Under the pieces are notes generated by a model, which had not been told where the DNA came from, did no database searches, and worked only from the letters and a program-made list of their open reading frames with translations. DNA of 32,000 nucleotides from Candidatus Nitrosopumilus koreensis AR1 (GTDB lineage Archaea > Thermoproteota > Nitrososphaeria > Nitrososphaerales > Nitrosopumilaceae): contig NC_018655.1 in the NCBI RefSeq assembly GCF_000299365.1, positions 1,200,001 through 1,232,000 on the forward strand, written 5' to 3'. Position 1 is the stretch's first letter. Every line of letters starts with the position of its first letter. A program made the translations under genes and the position numbers. Of the stretch, positions 10,318-18,886 are shown in pieces.

Positions 10318-11364
10318 ATGAAAGTAGGTGTTGTAGGAGCATCAGGATATGTCGGTGGAGAAACACTACGTCTTTTGGTCAATCACCCAGACGTTGAGAT
10401 CTCCATGGTCACATCAAGACAGCATGTTGGAGAGTATCTCCATAGAGTTCAACCAAGTTTGAAGGGTTTTACCGATCTAACTTTTTCGGAATTAGATTAT
10501 GATAAATTAACTGACAAATGTGATTTAGTTTTCACAGCAGTACCACATGGAACTGCTACTGAAATTGTAAAAGCATTGTATGATAGAGGTGTGAAAATTA
10601 TTGATTTGAGTGCAGATTATAGATTACATGATCAAGAGGCATATGACAAATGGTACGGTTGGGAACATCCACATCCAGACTATTTGTCAAAATCTGTTTT
10701 TGGAGTACCTGAATTACACAGAGAAGAAATCAAAAAAGCACAACTTGTTTCATGTCCAGGATGCATGGCAGTAACATCAATGTTAGCGCTTGCTCCATTA
10801 ATTCGAAATGACATTATCGATACAGAACACATCGTGGTAGATTCAAAAATTGGTTCTTCAGGTGCAGGGTCCGGTTCAGGAACAGCACATGCAATGAGAG
10901 CAGGGGTTATCAGACCATACAAGCCTGCAAAACATAGACACACAGGTGAAATTGAACAAGAGTTAAGCGAGATTGCTGGAAAGAAAATTCATGTTTCAAT
11001 GAGTCCACATGCAGTAGATGTTGTTCGTGGAATTCTTTGTACAAATCACACATTCATGAAAAAAGATGTTGAAGAAAAAGAGTTATGGAAATTATATCGT
11101 CAAACTTATGGTGAAGAAAAATTTGTTAGATTAATTCGTGACAAAAAAGGATTATACAAATTCCCAGATCCAAAATTCTTGGTCGGTTCAAACTTTTGTG
11201 ACATAGGATTTGATTTAGATGAAGATAATCACAGATTAATTGCATTATCTGCATCAGATAACTTGATGAAAGGTGCAGCAGGTTCTGCCATCCAAAACAT
11301 GAACGTAATGTGTGGTTTTGATGAAATGGATGGACTAAGATATACACCATTAACTCCTGTTTAG
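10318..11364 (+). CDS. argC: LysW-gamma-L-2-aminoadipyl/glutamyl-6-phosphate reductase (ArgC/LysY family)
   Basis: 348 aa. MKVGVVGASGYVGGETLRLL, the catalytic CPGCMAVT motif, KIGSSGAGSGSG. Confidence 0.93.
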   Translation: MKVGVVGASGYVGGETLRLLVNHPDVEISMVTSRQHVGEYLHRVQPSLKGFTDLTFSELDYDKLTDKCDLVFTAVPHGTATEIVKALYDRGVKIIDLSADYRLHDQEAYDKWYGWEHPHPDYLSKSVFGVPELHREEIKKAQLVSCPGCMAVTSMLALAPLIRNDIIDTEHIVVDSKIGSSGAGSGSGTAHAMRAGVIRPYKPAKHRHTGEIEQELSEIAGKKIHVSMSPHAVDVVRGILCTNHTFMKKDVEEKELWKLYRQTYGEEKFVRLIRDKKGLYKFPDPKFLVGSNFCDIGFDLDEDNHRLIALSASDNLMKGAAGSAIQNMNVMCGFDEMDGLRYTPLTPV

Positions 11365-11366
11365 AA

Positions 11367-12170
11367 ATGATCACCATCAAAATTGGCGGAAGTGTTGTAG
11401 ATGATTTGCACCCATCCACGATTGCAGATATAAAAAAGGTTGCAGAGTCTGAAGGAGTGATTTTAGTTCATGGTGGAGGAAAAGAAGTCACCAAGGTTTG
11501 CAAACAACTTGGAAAAGAACCAAAGTTTGTAACATCTCCTAGTGGAATTAAAAGCAGATACACAGACAAAGAAACTGCTGAGATTTTTACAATGGTAATG
11601 TCAGGTAGAATTAACAAAACAATTGTTCAGATGCTTCAAAAAAACGGTATTAATGCAATTGGACTATCAGGTGTTGATGCCAAAGTTATTGAAGCAGACA
11701 GAAAAAAGAAACTTCTCATAGTAAATGAAAAAGGCAGAAAACAGGCAATTGACGGAGGATATACGGGTAAAATTAGAGATGTTAACGCTGTTTTTATCAA
11801 ATCACTCTTAGAACAAGGCCTTACACCTGTAATTTCACCTATTGCAATTAGTGAAGAATCTGAATTTCTGAATGTAGATGGAGACAGAGCAGCAGCATAT
11901 GTTGCGGGTAAAGTTGGAAGTGATAAAGTATTATTCATCACAAACGTGGATGGTCTTTTAATAGATGACAAAGTTGTTCCAAAATTGACATTGGCAGAAG
12001 CAAAAGAGATCAGACCAAAAATCGGACCAGGTATGGAAAAGAAGATTTTGGCATCAACTGAAGCATTAGATATGGGAGTTAAAACAGCACTAATTGCAAA
12101 TGGTCAAAAAGAAAATCCAATTTCATCTGCCATTGCTCATGATAATTGTACGGTGATTGAACATGAGTGA
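11367..12170 (+). CDS. argB: Acetylglutamate/acetylaminoadipate kinase-like (ArgB/LysZ) acting on a LysW conjugate
   Basis: 267 aa. ITIKIGGSVVDD, VHGGGKEV, FITNVDGLL, PGMEKKILASTEAL; located between argC/lysY and argD/lysJ. Confidence 0.92.
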   Translation: MITIKIGGSVVDDLHPSTIADIKKVAESEGVILVHGGGKEVTKVCKQLGKEPKFVTSPSGIKSRYTDKETAEIFTMVMSGRINKTIVQMLQKNGINAIGLSGVDAKVIEADRKKKLLIVNEKGRKQAIDGGYTGKIRDVNAVFIKSLLEQGLTPVISPIAISEESEFLNVDGDRAAAYVAGKVGSDKVLFITNVDGLLIDDKVVPKLTLAEAKEIRPKIGPGMEKKILASTEALDMGVKTALIANGQKENPISSAIAHDNCTVIEHE

Positions 12171-13344
12171 AGATCAGTATATGGGCAGTCTCTATCAGAG
12201 ATTTCCAGTAACAGTTGAAAGAGGCAAAGGAGCCCATGTTTGGGATGTTGACGGTAAAGAATACATTGATTGTATGGGAGGATACGGAGTAGCACTAGTG
12301 GGACATCAAAACCAGAGAGTTAATGATGCAATAAAAGAACAAATTGATAAAATAATAACAGTACACAGTTCACTTTACAATAAAACAAGAGAAGAATTTT
12401 TGAAAACATTAATCGGGTTAGCTCCCAAAGGATTAACACAAGTTCACCTCAACAACAGCGGTGCAGAAGCAATTGAAGCTGCAATCAAATTTGCAAGAAA
12501 ATTTACTGGCAAAAAAGGAATGGTTGCAATGAAAGGCTCATACCATGGAAAATCATTTGGCGCATTGTCTTTAACTTTTAATCCAAAATACAAAAAAGCA
12601 TTTGCCCCACTTGTGGAAAAAGTTTCATTTGCATCATATGGAGATATTGAATCATTACGAGAAACAATAGACGACGACACTGCTTTCGTAATTTTAGAAC
12701 CAATTCAAGGAGAAAGCGGAATCATTGTTGCGCCAGATGGATTTTTGCAAGATGTAAGAAAGCTTTGTGATGAAAAAGGAATTCTGTTAATCTTTGACGA
12801 AATACAAGCAGGTTTAGGAAGAACAGGACGATTATGGGCGTGTGATCATTGGAACACAACACCAGACATTTTGTGTTTGGCAAAAGGAATTGCAGGAGGA
12901 GTTCCAATGGGTGCAACTCTTGTAAGACCAGACATCTTAGCTGCTATGAGTAAAGGTGAACACTCATCAACTTTTGGAGGAAATCCAATATCATGTGCAG
13001 CAGGTATTGCAGCTCTTAAATCAATTACAGAAGATGGATTAATTGAAAATTCTGAAAAGATGGGGAAAATTTTCAGAGAAGGTTTAGAGAAATTAAAAGA
13101 AAAACACACAATGATTAGAGAAATTCGTGGAAAAGGACTCATGATAGGAGTAGAGATGAAGTTTGAAGTCAGAGACATTTTGATGGGATTAATCAGAGAA
13201 GGTGTTCTTATGTTATATTCTGGAAGAAATATTCTAAGAATTTTACCTCCATTAGTAATTACTGAAGAAGACATAACAAAAGTTTTACATGCTCTAGATA
13301 CAATACTTACAGAAGAGGAACAAAAACGAAATGTACAAGGATAA
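12157..13344 (+). CDS. argD: LysW-conjugate semialdehyde aminotransferase (ArgD/LysJ), PLP class III
   Basis: 395 aa. GVALVGHQNQRV, NSGAEAIEAAIKFAR, LIFDEIQAGLGRTG, LAKGIAGGVPMG, STFGGNPISCAAG. Overlaps the upstream CDS by 14 bp. Confidence 0.93.
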   Translation: MNMSEDQYMGSLYQRFPVTVERGKGAHVWDVDGKEYIDCMGGYGVALVGHQNQRVNDAIKEQIDKIITVHSSLYNKTREEFLKTLIGLAPKGLTQVHLNNSGAEAIEAAIKFARKFTGKKGMVAMKGSYHGKSFGALSLTFNPKYKKAFAPLVEKVSFASYGDIESLRETIDDDTAFVILEPIQGESGIIVAPDGFLQDVRKLCDEKGILLIFDEIQAGLGRTGRLWACDHWNTTPDILCLAKGIAGGVPMGATLVRPDILAAMSKGEHSSTFGGNPISCAAGIAALKSITEDGLIENSEKMGKIFREGLEKLKEKHTMIREIRGKGLMIGVEMKFEVRDILMGLIREGVLMLYSGRNILRILPPLVITEEDITKVLHALDTILTEEEQKRNVQG

Positions 13345-13749
13345 CGTAGATGAAAAAATTATCGGATATCTAAAAGAAGATTCAAGAGAATCATTTGTGG
13401 ACATAGGAAAAAATTAAAACTCTCAGAATCAGCAGTGCGAAGACGTGTAAAAAATCTTATAGGAAATGGAACCATCAAAAAATTCACCCTAGAATTAGGT
13501 GAAGAAAATGCCACCAGTGCAATTGTATTAGTTTCAGTAGATTCTGCAACAGACACATCAAAAGTTTCATTAAAACTTGCAAAACTTGATGGTGTGAAAA
13601 CAGTTTATGAAATTACGGGACAATACGATATTACAACAATTATGAGCGCATCAAGTATTGCAGAAATTAACAACAGTATTGATGCACTAAGAAAGATTCC
13701 AGGCGTAGTAGACACTAATACAGTGATTATTTTAAGAAAAGTTATCTAA
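13331..13749 (+). pseudogene. Lrp/AsnC-family (LysM-like) regulator interrupted by a single -1 frameshift; possibly functional if the shift is programmed or a sequence error
   Basis: Frame 2 from ATG 13331: MYKDNVDEKIIGYLKEDSRESFVDIGKN* (TAA 13415-13417). Frame 1 continues LKLSESAVRRRVKNLIGNGTIKKFTLELGEENAT... to 13749. The joined protein DEKIIGYLKEDSRESFVDIGKKLKLSESAVRRRVKNLI matches a full AsnC HTH, followed by the RAM/ligand-binding domain. The A-run is 6 nt (13408-13413); 7 would restore the frame. Confidence 0.85.
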
Positions 13750-13847
13750 AACGACTTTCGGTTTAAAATTTTAATTCAAAACTAGATTAGGATCGTTTTT
13801 AGTCATTTTCAACGAAACTAGTACGAATATGTTTATATCATCAATTA

Positions 13848-15029
13848 ATGTCAACGGATTCTGTAATGAAAGATCCGAATCACTATGCAAACATGTACAA
13901 TGCATATGAAAAGAATCCAAAGAAAATCAGAGTCCTAGACAGTACTCTTAGAGAGGGTGAACAACATCCAGGTGTTTCATTTACAAACAAACAAAGAATC
14001 CAAATTGCATGGATGTTAGATTATTTTGGAGTAGACCAAATTGAAATTTCACCAGTAGTGTCAAATGATCATAAAGAAGCAACTAAAACAATAATCAAGC
14101 AAGGACTAAAAGCAGATATTGTTTCTCATGGACGTGCTCTCAAAGAAGACATTGACGTTTCATTAGACTGTGATGCAAAATGGTGTGCAGCATACTTAGG
14201 AATTTCAGATATTCATCTAAAAGACAAGCTTCGTATTTCAAGAGAAGAGGCACTTGAAAGAGCTGTTGAGACAGTAGAGTATGCAAAATCACATGGATTG
14301 AAGATTAGATTTACAGTTGAAGATGGAAGTAGGGCAGAGCCAGAGTTTTTGCTCAAAGTTTGCAAAGCAATAGAAGAGGTCGGAGTAGACAGAATTAGCC
14401 TACCTGATACTGTTGGAATATTACGTCCAATTGGAATGTATAATTTTGTAAAAAAAGTAAGAGACTCAATAGATGTCCCACTAGATGCACATGTTCACAA
14501 TGATATTGGGTTTGCAGTAGCTAATGCCTTTTCAGCATGCGATGCAGGAGTTGATCAAATTCATACTACAATTGACGGGATTGGAGAGAGAACAGGAATA
14601 CCTCCACTTGCAGAAGTTGCAGTTGCTTTAACATATCTGTACAAATCACCAAATGATTTCAGATTAGATATGTTACTAGATTTATCCAGATTAATTGAAG
14701 ATTATACAACAATCAAGCCTTATGACTCAAAGCCAATAGTTGGATCATCAGCATACAAACACAAAGCAGGAACACATCTTGCAGCCATACTAAGAAACCC
14801 AGCAGCATATGAGCCCATACCTCCTAGAGCAGTTGGGAACAGAAGGAGAATTGTATTTGGGGAATTAGCAGGAAAAACAGGGGCTGCATACTTGATGTCA
14901 TTATTAGGATTAGAGAAAGATGATAAGAGTGCAAAAGCTGTAGCAGCTGGATTAAAGGGTCTCAGAATGGGAGATCTGATTGAAATTCCGCTTGAAGACA
15001 GACTTGAAAAGATAATTAACGATAAATAG
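13848..15029 (+). CDS. lysS: Homocitrate synthase (LeuA/HCS family), alpha-aminoadipate lysine pathway
   Basis: 393 aa. IRVLDSTLREGEQHPGVSF, ISLPDTVGILRP, DAHVHNDIGFAVANAFSACDAGVDQIHTTIDGIGERTG. Directly upstream of lysW2-lysX. Confidence 0.85.
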   Translation: MSTDSVMKDPNHYANMYNAYEKNPKKIRVLDSTLREGEQHPGVSFTNKQRIQIAWMLDYFGVDQIEISPVVSNDHKEATKTIIKQGLKADIVSHGRALKEDIDVSLDCDAKWCAAYLGISDIHLKDKLRISREEALERAVETVEYAKSHGLKIRFTVEDGSRAEPEFLLKVCKAIEEVGVDRISLPDTVGILRPIGMYNFVKKVRDSIDVPLDAHVHNDIGFAVANAFSACDAGVDQIHTTIDGIGERTGIPPLAEVAVALTYLYKSPNDFRLDMLLDLSRLIEDYTTIKPYDSKPIVGSSAYKHKAGTHLAAILRNPAAYEPIPPRAVGNRRRIVFGELAGKTGAAYLMSLLGLEKDDKSAKAVAAGLKGLRMGDLIEIPLEDRLEKIINDK

Positions 15030-15030
15030 A

Positions 15031-15038
15031 GAGGAGGT
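15031..15038 (+). promoter_or_regulatory. Shine-Dalgarno-like sequence GAGGAGGT
   Basis: The same octamer as upstream of argC, 12 nt before ATG 15051 of lysW2. Confidence 0.5.
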
Positions 15039-15050
15039 GGAGAAGAGAAT

Positions 15051-15218
15051 ATGTCAAAATGTGAAGAATGTGATGCAGATATTTCCATACCAAGTGACGC
15101 ACTTGAAGGAGAAATTGTAACGTGTCCGGAATGTGGCGCAAGTTTTGAATTAGTAAAAGGTTCAGATGGTTTCGATCTAAAGCCTGCCCAAACGGTTGGC
15201 GAGGATTGGGGGCAGTGA
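15051..15218 (+). CDS. lysW: LysW-type amino-group carrier protein, copy 2 (C-terminus EDWGQ)
   Basis: Not in the ORF track. My translation is MSKCEECDADISIPSDALEGEIVTCPECGASFELVKGSDGFDLKPAQTVGEDWGQ (55 aa) with CxxC...CPEC motifs; the last codons are GAG GAT TGG GGG CAG TGA. Confidence 0.93.
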   Translation: MSKCEECDADISIPSDALEGEIVTCPECGASFELVKGSDGFDLKPAQTVGEDWGQ

Positions 15219-16057
15219 GTCCTGACGTTACGATTCTTTACGATACCATCCGTTGGGAAGAAAAAGGCCTACTAGAAGCAGGCAAGAAAAAAGACATCAA
15301 CATACAGATGGTAGATTGTAAGAAGTTAGCAGTAGATTTAGAAAAAAAGCCTGAAGATTATGGTGTAGTTATACAAAGATGTGTAAGTTATTACAGGAAT
15401 TTGCATTCAACTGCAGCACTTGAGGGATTAGGAGTCAAAGTTATCAATTGTCTTAACACAGGAATATTTGCAGGAAACAAGTTATTCACACATATGTTAC
15501 TAAAGAAAGCTGGAGTACCAACACCAGACGCAACAGTTGCTTTTTCAAAAGATGCAGCTTTGGATGCACTAGACATACAGGGATATCCCAAGGTAATCAA
15601 ACCAACAGTTGGAAGCTGGGGCAGATTAATTTCAAAATTAAATGACAGAGATTCTGCAGAAGGAATTATTGAAAGTAGAGAAAACATGTACCCAATTTAT
15701 CAAGTTCATTATCTAGAAGAATTTGTAAAAAGACCGCCCAGAGACATTAGAGCAATTATGGTAGGAGACAAAATTGTCGCAGCGATTTACCGAAACTCTG
15801 AACATTGGAAAACAAACATGGCATTAGGCGGAGTAGCAGAGCCATGCGAGGTAACACAAGAGATGGAAGAAATGTGTATTAAGGCAAAAAAAGCAGTTCA
15901 AGGAGATATCGTAGGTGTAGATTTGATGGAAAGTGATGAGAAAGGATTGGTTGTTCATGAAGTAAACAATACAACAGAATACAAGAATACTGTAAGAGTG
16001 TGCGAAGTTGACATTCCTTCTCTGATGCTAGACTATGCACTGAAGATAGAAAAGTAA
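15215..16057 (+). CDS. lysX: ATP-grasp LysW ligase; likely the alpha-aminoadipate-specific LysX form
   Basis: LysX family, with HWKTNMALGG and HEVNNTTEYKNTVRV. The start is probably GTG 15215 (overlapping the lysW2 TGA) rather than the track's TTG 15206. Confidence 0.88.
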   Translation: MSPDVTILYDTIRWEEKGLLEAGKKKDINIQMVDCKKLAVDLEKKPEDYGVVIQRCVSYYRNLHSTAALEGLGVKVINCLNTGIFAGNKLFTHMLLKKAGVPTPDATVAFSKDAALDALDIQGYPKVIKPTVGSWGRLISKLNDRDSAEGIIESRENMYPIYQVHYLEEFVKRPPRDIRAIMVGDKIVAAIYRNSEHWKTNMALGGVAEPCEVTQEMEEMCIKAKKAVQGDIVGVDLMESDEKGLVVHEVNNTTEYKNTVRVCEVDIPSLMLDYALKIEK

Positions 16058-16060
16058 GAA

Positions 16061-17188
16061 TTGGACACTCATTTTACAGTCACACCAAGATTCGCAACAA
16101 AGATGCTTGAAAAAGCATTGAGGCTTTACACGCCATCTCTTAGTGAAAAACCAATGGCAGAATTTCTTGCAGACAAATGCGATGATTTAGGGTTTGAGGA
16201 TATTCAAATTGATGAAGTGGGAAATGTAATTGCTCGAAAAGGTTCAGGAGCACCAACGATTATGTTGTGCGGGCACATGGATGTAGTACCAGGTAAAGTC
16301 AAAGTAAGAAAAGAAGGGGATTCACTTTATGGCAGAGGAGCATCAGATGCAAAAGCACCATTAATGGCAATGTTATTTGCAGCAGCTGCAATACAAAACA
16401 ATAATGGAACAATAATTTTTGTTGGTGCAGTTGATGAAGAAGGGAATGCTGCAGGAATTAAAAATTTAGTTAAAAAAGAAATGGGTGTAGATTATGCTGT
16501 TTTTGGAGAACCAAGTGGAATAAAACAAGTTACAATTGCATACAAAGGACGATTAGCAATCAATCTCAAGATAAGTGTGGAGGATAGTTCGCATGCAAGT
16601 GCTCCATGGCTTTCAAAAAATGCAATTTTAGAGTCAATGATTTTTGCAAGAGAGTTAAAAGAAAAACTAGAAGAAAATCAAGAAAATAAAACAAAAGGGA
16701 TGTTGTTGACGGCAACCATGACTGAAGTAAAAGGAGGAACAAGTCACAATGTTACACCAAAAGAATGTGAGACTACTTTTGATATTAGAATTCCAGTAGA
16801 TATGAATTGTAAATCTATTGAACAAAAAATTGCAACATTAGTAAAGGAAATTGCAGAAAAAAGAGAAGTAGAGGCATTTTATTCAATTCTTGATGAAACA
16901 GAACCATTTGAAGCAGCACATAACTCTCCACTAGTACGTGCATTTACACTTGGCATCATGGATGTAGAGCATTCTAGACCAACTCTGATTAGAAAAACAG
17001 GCACTGGAGACATGAATGTGTTAGGAAACCAATGGAACATTCCAGTTGTAACATATGGTCCCGGTGATCCTCATGAAGCCCATACAATTGATGAAAAGGT
17101 TTCAATTGATGAATACCTTAGAGGAATAGAGATTCTCAAAAAGATGCTACAGCATTTAAAAAGACTTCATGATAGAAAGATGCAGTAA
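16061..17188 (+). CDS. lysK: LysW-lysine/ornithine hydrolase (LysK; M20/ArgE/DapE family)
   Basis: 375 aa. MLCGHMDVVPGKV, GRGASDAKAPLMAML, GAVDEEGNAAGIK, GTGDMNVLG. TTG start per the track; ATG 16103 is an alternative. Confidence 0.87.
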   Translation: MDTHFTVTPRFATKMLEKALRLYTPSLSEKPMAEFLADKCDDLGFEDIQIDEVGNVIARKGSGAPTIMLCGHMDVVPGKVKVRKEGDSLYGRGASDAKAPLMAMLFAAAAIQNNNGTIIFVGAVDEEGNAAGIKNLVKKEMGVDYAVFGEPSGIKQVTIAYKGRLAINLKISVEDSSHASAPWLSKNAILESMIFARELKEKLEENQENKTKGMLLTATMTEVKGGTSHNVTPKECETTFDIRIPVDMNCKSIEQKIATLVKEIAEKREVEAFYSILDETEPFEAAHNSPLVRAFTLGIMDVEHSRPTLIRKTGTGDMNVLGNQWNIPVVTYGPGDPHEAHTIDEKVSIDEYLRGIEILKKMLQHLKRLHDRKMQ

Positions 17189-18225
17189 TGCTGTGGTTTG
17201 TAGGTTTAGGAATTTCAGGATTCAAATCAATTCCTCATGAAGCAATAGATGTTTTATCAAAGGCAGATATCGTGTATCTTGAACAATTCACTAGTCCTAT
17301 TGGAAAATCAGATCTGAGTAAAATAAAAAATTCAATAAAAGGAGAATTTAGGCCAGCAAAAAGATGGTTGGTAGAAGATGGAAATGAAATTTTAGAAAAT
17401 GCAAAGAAAAAGAAAGTGGTCTTGCTATCATATGGGGATCCATACATTGCTACAACACACATTGAGTTACGAGAAAGGGCAATTAAAGAAAAATAAAAAC
17501 ATATTCCATTCATGCATCTTCGTCATTAACTTCAATGATTGGAGAATGTGGTTTGCATTTTTTACAAAGTTGGAAGAATTGCAACAATAATGAGTGAAAT
17601 GAAATCACTTACAACACCATATTATGTCATTTACAAAAACGTCATAGAAGGGAATCACACAGTACTTCTCTTAGAATTTAATCAGGACAAAGATTTTTTC
17701 TTAGATCCAAAAGATGCATTAAACGGACTACTAGAAACTGAAAAAGGACAACTACGAAAAGTCATTAATACATCAACATTTGCAATAATTGCATCAAGAA
17801 TAGGATTCAAAGACCAAGAGATAGTTTCAGGTAAGATTTCCAGCCTGAAAAAGAGAGATTTTGGAAAACCACCTCATACAGTTATAATTCCAGGAAGATT
17901 GCATTTTACTGAATCAGATGCATTGAAAGTTTTAGGTGAATGTATTGATGAGCCATTTGATAATTCTGAGAAAACACGAAAGATCTCAATTCAAATGATT
18001 GAGAAATATGTGCCAATGGTAAGAGAAGCGCTTGAAGAAGTTAAACCACACTATAAGGATCAAAAAGAATTTCAGGTAATTTTAGAAAATGCAGAGTTGT
18101 ATGTAAAAGACGCCGAGAAATTTTTAGAAGATGGGCAAGACGAAGTATCTATCCTAAGTATCGGTTATGCAGATGGATTAGTTGATGCATTAAGGTTAGC
18201 AAAAGGTCTAGATCCAAAAATGTAG
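17188..18225 (+). pseudogene. dph5: Diphthine synthase (Dph5) disrupted by two compensating single-nucleotide frameshifts
   Basis: Frame 1: MLWFVGLGISGFKSIPHEAIDVLSKADIVYLE...LLSYGDPYIATTHIELRERAIKEK. A short frame-3 stretch reads KIKTYSIHASSSLTSMIGECGLHF. Frame 1 resumes with YKVGRIATIMSEMKSLTTPYYVIYKNVIEGNHTVLLLEF...GKPPHTVIIPGRLHFTESDAL. The joined product is about 345 aa and family-like throughout. Confidence 0.88.
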
Positions 18226-18265
18226 TTTTAGCGATGAATTAAAGAGAGGGTGACAAATAGAAAAA

Positions 18266-18886
18266 ATGTTGGAATCAAGCCAAAAAGTAATTCTTTCTAC
18301 AATGTATGTATGCCAAATTGAAAATACAGAACCATTTGAAAAAATTAAAGAAAAAACCATGTTTTCAGACGAAGAAATAAAATCAAAAATTGATGAATTA
18401 ATCAAAAATCAACTTGTTAATGAAGATAAAAAATCACTTACAGAGTTAGGACGAAACTCATTACGAGTAGTATTGGCAGGAGGTGTTTTTGATATTATTC
18501 ATCCAGGACACATTTACACACTAAATGCAGCAAAAGCATTAGGTGATGTTCTTGTTGTAGTTGTGGCTACAGACAACACTGCAATAAAAATGAAAAAAAG
18601 ACAACCACTACATTCTCAAGAGCAAAGAAAAGAGTTGGTAAATTCATTATCAATGGTAGACCTTTGCCTAATAGGACAAGAAGATGATATTTTCAAGACC
18701 GTAAATAACGTAAGGCCACAAATAATCGCACTAGGATACGATCAAGTTCACCAAGAAAAATCCATCATAGACGGTTGTAAAAGAATCAATCTTGATGCAG
18801 CAGTTGCAAGGTTACAGTCTCCAATTCCAGACAGCTCTAGCTCAAAAATTCAAAAAGAGTATGGAGAATCAATACATGGAATTTAA
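18266..18886 (+). CDS. ribL: Archaeal FAD synthetase-like nucleotidyltransferase with an N-terminal winged-helix-like extension
   Basis: VVLAGGVFDIIHPGHIYTLNAAKALGDVLVVVVATD (HxGH nucleotidyltransferase motif). About 65 N-terminal residues ending SLTELGRNSL resemble a wHTH. Convergent with riboflavin kinase. Confidence 0.85.
   Translation: MLESSQKVILSTMYVCQIENTEPFEKIKEKTMFSDEEIKSKIDELIKNQLVNEDKKSLTELGRNSLRVVLAGGVFDIIHPGHIYTLNAAKALGDVLVVVVATDNTAIKMKKRQPLHSQEQRKELVNSLSMVDLCLIGQEDDIFKTVNNVRPQIIALGYDQVHQEKSIIDGCKRINLDAAVARLQSPIPDSSSSKIQKEYGESIHGI

Noticed and set aside
12444-13274. Minus-strand ORFs 12444..12680, 12722..12916 and 12846..13274 (142 aa) opposite argD/lysJ
   Set aside because: Composition matches reverse translation of the conserved aminotransferase. 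No motifs, start context or operon support.
17399-17590. 63-aa ORF overlapping the break in dph5
   Set aside because: It is in frame 2, which is neither of the two frames (1 and 3) that carry Dph5-like sequence. An alternate-frame by-product.
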